Shown: in pieces, positions 34,112 to 38,015 of the stretch
Position numbering within the stretch: position 1 is the stretch's first letter
How the letters are laid out: the number at the start of each line of letters is the position of its first letter
Source of the DNA: a virus
Direction: 5' to 3' (one strand)
Length of the DNA stretch: 38,015 nt
Virus record (IMG/VR): IMGVR_UViG_3300024581_002691
Span: 1-38,015 of that record
Position numbers and translations under genes: made by a program
The notes under the pieces: generated by a model
Seen by the model: the letters and a program-made list of their open reading frames with translations, nothing else
Told to the model about the DNA's origin: nothing
Database searches by the model: none

Positions 34112-34423
34112 ATGAGTACATTTGAATCACCCTACCGCGTTGGTAAAAAATACGTATTTCGCACAGTAACGCAATGTGTAATTGGAGAAATCACAGCGAT
34201 TGTAGGCACCTTTGCTGTGTTGAAACATGCTTCTTGGATTGCTGACACTGGCAGATATCACAACTTCTTTAAAAGCGGTGCTACTGCTCAAGACCTTACT
34301 GAGATAGAGCCGTATCCAGATTGTGAAGATGAAGAGTTTGGCGTTTATAGTTGCACAGTTAATCTTGCGTCTCTTACAGATGCTGGACCTTGGCAACATG
34401 ATTTGCCGCGAAATCAGAAATGA
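34112..34423 (+). CDS. hypothetical protein, shorter paralogue of 33465..33848 (module 3, globular partner)
   Basis: RVGKKYVFRTVTQCVIGEITAIVG aligns with HVGKKVIIRTLSAGVWFGKIEQKCG. Confidence 0.55.
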   Translation: MSTFESPYRVGKKYVFRTVTQCVIGEITAIVGTFAVLKHASWIADTGRYHNFFKSGATAQDLTEIEPYPDCEDEEFGVYSCTVNLASLTDAGPWQHDLPRNQK

Positions 34424-34695
34424 ACGTGGTGATGATGGGGGCTGCAAAGCCTGGGGGTAGGTCTTTGTCTAGGTGCAGGTCAGGGTCTAGGTGGTATTCT
34501 TGGGCTAGGTCTATTTCTCGGGCTAGGCATGAGTCTAGATTTTGGGCTAAATCTAGTTCGTGGGCTAGGTCCTTGTCTAGGTCTTGTTCTAGATCTAGGT
34601 CTTGGTCTAGGTATAAGTATTCTGTTAGATATTGGTCTGTTTACTTTTCTTGCCATAGGCCTGGTTATAGGTCTAGGAGTACATCATGCACGTAG
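34420..34695 (+). CDS. 91-aa basic Ser/Arg/Trp repeat protein (MNVVMMGAAKPGG...)
   Basis: ATGA overlap with the upstream stop. N-terminus conserved with the two paralogues. TCT-AGG hexamer periodicity. Confidence 0.5.
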   Translation: MNVVMMGAAKPGGRSLSRCRSGSRWYSWARSISRARHESRFWAKSSSWARSLSRSCSRSRSWSRYKYSVRYWSVYFSCHRPGYRSRSTSCT

Positions 34696-34874
34696 CAATG
34701 ATGGCAGTTAAAAAGCCTGGCTCTAAATATGGCTCTATTTATATATCTATGTCTAGGTATAGTTATATTTGGTCTTATGTCGGGTCTAGATATAAGTCTA
34801 GGTCTAAGTTTAAATGTTTTTTTAGATATGGCTCTTGGTTTTGGTCTAAGTCTGGACCTAAAGCCGCAAATTAA
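34686..34874 (+). CDS. 62-aa basic Ser/Lys/Tyr/Trp/Phe repeat protein (MHVAMMAVKKPG...SGPKAAN)
   Basis: Both termini are conserved with 33262..33435. 10-nt overlap with the upstream paralogue. Confidence 0.5.
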   Translation: MHVAMMAVKKPGSKYGSIYISMSRYSYIWSYVGSRYKSRSKFKCFFRYGSWFWSKSGPKAAN

Positions 34875-34898
34875 AATTTAACTTAAAAGAGGAAAAAC
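34869..34898 (+). promoter_or_regulatory. conserved spacer with epsilon-like TTAACTTAA plus SD (copy 3), in front of ssb
   Basis: AATTAAAATTTAACTTAAAAGAGGAAAAAC. Confidence 0.6.
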
Positions 34899-35333
34899 AT
34901 GAGAGGCATTAACAAAGCAATTTTGGTTGGATCACTCGGAGCTGATCCAGAGTGTCGAGCAACAAGCACAGGTGAAACAGTCGCTACAATCAGTCTAGCA
35001 ACTAACGAAGAATGGAAAGACAAGCAAGGACTCAAGCAATCTAAAACGGAATGGCATCGCGTTGTTTTTTTCGGGAAGCTTGCGGAGATCGTTCGTGACT
35101 ACTTGAAAAAAGGTTCTTCATGTTATGTCGAGGGCAAGATACAAACACGAAAGTGGCAAGCTGACGACGGCACGGACAGATACACGACAGAAATCGTTGG
35201 TCGTGAAATGCAGATGCTAGGCGGATCTAGCAAAGATGATAATAGTAAAAGTCATGACTCATCAACTCATAATCGTGATGTTAGCAAGCAAACGACAGAC
35301 GAGTGGTTAGCTGACTATAACGCGCCGTTTTAG
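34899..35333 (+). CDS. ssb: single-stranded DNA-binding protein
   Basis: [15 protein letters not shown]...[46 protein letters not shown] is a canonical bacterial-type OB-fold SSB. The acidic tip ends in ...PF. Confidence 0.95.
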   Translation: MRGINKAILVGSLGADPECRATSTGETVATISLATNEEWKDKQGLKQSKTEWHRVVFFGKLAEIVRDYLKKGSSCYVEGKIQTRKWQADDGTDRYTTEIVGREMQMLGGSSKDDNSKSHDSSTHNRDVSKQTTDEWLADYNAPF

Positions 35334-35363
35334 ATGCGTTCACGGCGAGGAAAGGTAAACATT

Positions 35364-35558
35364 ATGAAAATGGCAGAATCTTTTATACTAGCGTCTTTTA
35401 TATCGATACTAGTAATCTTAGTTGACAATCATTTCGACATGAAAGAATGCGAAAGAACCGGAGGCGAAATGGTTAACGCAATATGCATCGTTAAAGTGAC
35501 ATCAAACAAATCAACTTACAGTACTGCGCGATATGAAAATAATTATACAAAAAACTGA
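35364..35558 (+). CDS. small membrane-anchored protein (hypothetical)
   Basis: ATG 35364 after GAGGAAAGG (the track opens at 35334). TM segment FILASFISILVILV. Confidence 0.45.
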   Translation: MKMAESFILASFISILVILVDNHFDMKECERTGGEMVNAICIVKVTSNKSTYSTARYENNYTKN

Positions 35559-35940
35559 AAATAACAATTTTACTACGCTTGATACAGAAGCTTACGAAAA
35601 GCTGCCAAGTCCTTTTTTGGTTGATGTTGAACTCGATAAGCGCACGAATGAAGAGAACGCGCGATTACATATTTGGCTGCGTCAGTGTGCAAAAGCGCTT
35701 AACGAGCAGAATAAATTTTATAGATACATACATCCGATTACTGGACTTGAAGTTGAAAAAGACTGGGACGAGCGAATATTTAAAGAAATTGTATATCGTC
35801 CTACAATGAACAACATGTGCGGTACACACACGACGACTAAAATGAAAAAATTCGAGCCTGCTGAAATAGCAGAATGTATCGGTCGCGCTTTTTCTATGAA
35901 GAACGTTGCCATTTTACCAATGTGGCCAACTTTGCTATGA
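35533..35940 (+). CDS. ninB: NinB/Orf-family recombination protein
   Basis: LDKRTNEENARLHIWLRQCAKAL and TTKMKKFEPAEIAECIGRAF parallel lambda NinB RSLDQNRKLWACLGDVS and STSRMRVGEFAELLELIQAF. Confidence 0.6.
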   Translation: MKIIIQKTENNNFTTLDTEAYEKLPSPFLVDVELDKRTNEENARLHIWLRQCAKALNEQNKFYRYIHPITGLEVEKDWDERIFKEIVYRPTMNNMCGTHTTTKMKKFEPAEIAECIGRAFSMKNVAILPMWPTLL

Positions 35941-36383
35941 AGGGCCGTACACCCACACAAGAAGAAAGGGAATTCATGGACAAAATAGCTAGAATAGGCT
36001 GTATCGCATGCCGAAAAATGGGTTTCATAAATCACCACATATCACTACATCACTTTGAAGGACGAACAAAAGAAGGAGCGCACTTCAAGGTGCTACCGCT
36101 TTGTGAAAGACATCATCAAATAAAAGACAACATAAAGCCGCCGCGCTGGGAAACTATTCACGACAATAAAAGCAGGTTTGAAAAAGTTTACGGTACAGAA
36201 AGAGAACTATATACAAAATGCTTGGAGATAATAAAGAGTGACACATACTGCTACTATAACGAACTAGATTCACTTGAACTTAGCAGAGACGAACTAAATT
36301 ACGCATCAGAAACGATATCACAATCTGACTTAGAACTTTTCAACGAAGTATATCGACCGTGGCTAACAACGAAGAACACTTAA
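35937..36383 (+). CDS. Ref-like HNH / DUF968 recombination-enhancement nuclease (putative)
   Basis: ATGA coupling to the ninB stop. FMDKIARIGCIACRK....HHISLHH.EGR...G.....VLPLCERHHQ is a Cys/His HNH-type pattern. The track opens at 35874. Confidence 0.6.
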   Translation: MKGRTPTQEEREFMDKIARIGCIACRKMGFINHHISLHHFEGRTKEGAHFKVLPLCERHHQIKDNIKPPRWETIHDNKSRFEKVYGTERELYTKCLEIIKSDTYCYYNELDSLELSRDELNYASETISQSDLELFNEVYRPWLTTKNT

Positions 36384-36700
36384 TCCAAGTTGCTTTGCTA
36401 AATTGGCTTAAGCACTATAACAGTGAAGCATATGGTTTAATTTATGCAAATTGTAACGCGGGTGTAAGAACACCACGTCATGGCAAATATTTCAAAGATG
36501 AGGGCCTTAAACGCTTAACCCTAGCCATGCCTAGAAAAGGCTTCCACGGGCTTTATATGGAGATTAAAACGCTAAAAGGAAGGCCAACAAAAGAGCAACT
36601 AGAATGGTTAGACAAACTTTCTAATCAGGGTTATTTTGCTGTGCTATGCAAAGGGCTAGACGCTGCGATAGATACTATCACAGCTTATCTATCTGACTAG
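36359..36700 (+). CDS. VRR-NUC domain nuclease (putative)
   Basis: GTG start. GFHGLYMEIKTLKGRPTKEQLEWLDKLSNQGYFAVLCKGLD matches the E-x-K core plus the Q..W...L..G tail of VRR-NUC. Confidence 0.55.
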   Translation: MANNEEHLIQVALLNWLKHYNSEAYGLIYANCNAGVRTPRHGKYFKDEGLKRLTLAMPRKGFHGLYMEIKTLKGRPTKEQLEWLDKLSNQGYFAVLCKGLDAAIDTITAYLSD

Positions 36701-36876
36701 TAGGGAAGCCTTGGAGTCTCATCTAATAATCTTTGTTTATGCTTTTTCATATCTTCTCTAATTAAATATCTCATATAAGCGTTTCGGCTTTCATATCTTT
36801 CTTTACTACGAGCAGTAATGTGCTCTAAATGTTCTCTCGGTGCCGGGAACCCGGGTATTAACGCGTCATTTTTCAT
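36697..36876 (-). CDS. ribbon-helix-helix (Arc/CopG-like) regulator candidate
   Basis: Only leftward gene in this region, convergent with VRR-NUC. ATG 36876 follows GAGGA by 8 nt (open from 36891). Helix pattern SRNAYMRYLIREDM. Confidence 0.45.
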   Translation of the reverse strand: MKNDALIPGFPAPREHLEHITARSKERYESRNAYMRYLIREDMKKHKQRLLDETPRLPY

Positions 36877-36905
36877 TTTGTTTGTCCTCATGTTAGATAC
36901 GAATC

Positions 36906-36933
36906 ATTATAACGATTAATACGATTAAGTCAA
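36906..36933 (-). promoter_or_regulatory. leftward sigma70 promoter (TTGACT, 16-nt spacer, TATAAT) for the RHH gene
   Basis: The minus strand reads TTTAGTATTGACTtaatcgtattaatcgtTATAAT. Confidence 0.7.
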
Positions 36934-36946
36934 TACTAAATTAATG

Positions 36947-36974
36947 TTGACTTGTTATCGCTTTGTGCTAATAT
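36947..36974 (+). promoter_or_regulatory. rightward sigma70 promoter (TTGACT, 16-nt spacer, TAATAT)
   Basis: Its -35 lies 13 bp from the -35 of the leftward promoter, back to back. 33 nt upstream of gene 37007. Confidence 0.7.
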
Positions 36975-37006
36975 GAATTTATCAACTTAACAACTGAGGA
37001 CTCAAC

Positions 37007-37339
37007 ATGAACGACGACAGCGTCATATTGTACTTAAACGAATACATTAAACAGCAAGAAGACAACAATACTTATGATGAAGACGTAGCGCATGAAGCGT
37101 ATTTAGACGAGCTTAGCTATGCAATGAATGACTCAGATCATATTATTGATGCATTAACGCTTAACGCTATTGATTATCCCGATTGCTGTAGCAATGCAGC
37201 ATCAAAAGAGCAGTTCGAAAGCTTCTTGATCAAGAGAATAAGTCACGCGCTAATGTCAGAAGATTACATGCTAGCTGGTATGCTAATAGCGCCGCATTTT
37301 AAAAAATACATGAAACGTGCAGCGCGGAGCCAATTATGA
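37007..37339 (+). CDS. acidic early protein (hypothetical)
   Basis: 110 aa. 18 Asp/Glu against 2 Lys/Arg in the first 70 residues, with a basic C-terminal tail. First gene after the promoter. Confidence 0.55.
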   Translation: MNDDSVILYLNEYIKQQEDNNTYDEDVAHEAYLDELSYAMNDSDHIIDALTLNAIDYPDCCSNAASKEQFESFLIKRISHALMSEDYMLAGMLIAPHFKKYMKRAARSQL

Positions 37340-37512
37340 TGAAGCTTAGAAAATTAATGGCAACGAGAAATCGTTATAGAAAAACTTGTGACATGATAAC
37401 AGAGGCGGAACCTGCCATGATCATAGAAAATGAGCGTAAATGCATTGTAGATAATTTGGTCGCTACAAGGTGGGATTATTATAAAAGCGATAAACTGAAA
37501 ACTGAGGAATAA
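37336..37512 (+). CDS. 58-aa hypothetical protein
   Basis: Not in the ORF track. ATGA coupling to the upstream stop. Its stop sits in GAGGAATAAACATG, feeding the next gene. Confidence 0.45.
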   Translation: MMKLRKLMATRNRYRKTCDMITEAEPAMIIENERKCIVDNLVATRWDYYKSDKLKTEE

Positions 37513-37514
37513 AC

Positions 37515-37928
37515 ATGAACATAGACAAAATAATAGCGGCATCTGGATTATCTAAAGAATGGGCGCAAAGTTGTATTATTCATACAGAAGAGGAAGCACT
37601 AGCAGCTGTAAAAGGAGACGGATTCGCGCTTGAATACGTTAGAAAACAAACAGAAGCGATATGTCTAGCAGCTGTAAAACAAAACGGATTAGCGCTTCAA
37701 CACGTCAGAGAACAAACAGAGGAGATATGTCTAGCAGCAGTAAAACGAAACGGATACGCGCTTAAATTCGTCAGAAAACAAACAGAGGCGATATGTCTAG
37801 CAGCTGTAAAACGAAACGGAGAAGCGCTTGCATACGTCATAAAACAAACGGAGGCGATATGCCTAGAAGCAGTAAAAGAATACAGATACGCGCTTAAATA
37901 CGTAGACTTTACTTTAACTGAGGACTAA
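37515..37928 (+). CDS. DUF4116-type repeat protein (5 x 22-aa repeats), paralogue of 741..1364
   Basis: Same N-terminus (IIAASGLSKEWAQ..II.TEEEALAAVK), same repeats and same C-terminus (KYVDFTLTED). Confidence 0.75.
   Translation: MNIDKIIAASGLSKEWAQSCIIHTEEEALAAVKGDGFALEYVRKQTEAICLAAVKQNGLALQHVREQTEEICLAAVKRNGYALKFVRKQTEAICLAAVKRNGEALAYVIKQTEAICLEAVKEYRYALKYVDFTLTED
37587..37916 (+). repeat. five tandem 66-bp coding repeats inside the second DUF4116 gene
   Basis: Read directly. The units are near-identical to those at 825..1352. Confidence 0.85.
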
Positions 37929-37932
37929 ACAA

Positions 37933-38015
37933 ATGAACGAAATAATAATAAACGGGGAGAAGATCGATGACGTTGTCGATTTTATACGCGGCGCTAGAGA
38001 CGCAAAAGAGGGTAT
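37933..38015 (+). CDS. 5' part of the 59-aa hypothetical protein that continues at 2..145 (truncated by the window end)
   Basis: ATG follows the GAGGACTAAACAA cassette. The frame is open to the window end and through the 48-bp overlap. Confidence 0.5.
   Translation, partial: MNEIIINGEKIDDVVDFIRGARDAKEG
37968..38015. repeat. second copy of the 48-bp terminal repeat (identical to 1..48)
   Basis: Exact identity read directly. Confidence 0.9.

Noticed and set aside
34529-34711. Leu-Gly frame ORF (MSLDFGLNLVRGLGPCLGLVLDLGLGLG...) overlapping the Ser-Arg repeat gene
   Set aside because: It has no SD. It starts mid-repeat and does not contain the N- and C-terminal boxes conserved among the three paralogues, which are all in the Ser-X frame.
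35579-36038. ORFs 35579..35809 (+) and 35718..36038 (-) overlapping ninB and the Ref-like gene
   Set aside because: They are out-of-frame or antisense to genes with recognisable family motifs, and they have no initiation signals.
36697-36876. The RHH gene as evidence for a lysogeny (CI/Cro-type) module
   Set aside because: I recognised no integrase, excisionase, partition genes or long repressor anywhere in the genome. A small RHH protein with divergent promoters is equally compatible with an early/late timing switch in a virulent phage.
37354-37542. 62-aa minus-strand ORF in the track
   Set aside because: A plus-strand 58-aa ORF (37336..37512) with ATGA coupling and the operon's standard stop-SD cassette explains the region better. 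The minus ORF is Cys/Phe/Leu-rich junk and crosses a gene boundary.

Overview
This window is a complete, circularly closed phage genome. The first 48 nt are identical to the last 48 nt, giving a unique length of 37,967 bp, and one ORF runs across the junction. Gene order and motifs indicate a P22-like short-tailed dsDNA phage of a Gram-negative host.

Minus strand, 28824 to 2036, is one long, mostly translationally coupled morphogenesis and lysis block:
- two LamG-domain proteins, small and large terminase, portal, scaffold, major capsid;
- a tandem pair of gp4-like adaptors, a beta-helix protein, a gp10-like hub, four Ala/Gln/Gly-rich ejection-type proteins, a tail fibre;
- a GH108 endolysin, a holin and membrane proteins.

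Plus strand, 29035 across the junction to 1892, holds early and replication genes. The recognisable ones are a DUF1376 replication protein, a lambda-P-like protein, SSB, NinB, a Ref-like HNH protein, a VRR-NUC nuclease and two DUF4116 repeat proteins. They are driven by near-consensus sigma70 promoters that share TTTAGTATTGAC. I saw no integrase, DNA polymerase, tRNA or CRISPR array.

The most unusual content:
1. A three-fold iterated module next to ssb. Each unit pairs a small globular protein with an extreme low-complexity dipeptide-repeat mini-protein. One is a (Gly-X)30 array with nine GYG motifs; three are Ser-X proteins rich in Arg/Lys/Tyr/Trp.
2. A 1.3-kb island between portal and scaffold containing an opposite-strand operon. 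Its last ORF carries peptide segments identical to segments of the capsid protein and of an ejection-type protein.
3. Large LamG-repeat proteins encoded upstream of the terminase.
4. A lysis cassette with no recognisable spanin pair.

All family names rest on motif recollection and synteny. No database search was possible.
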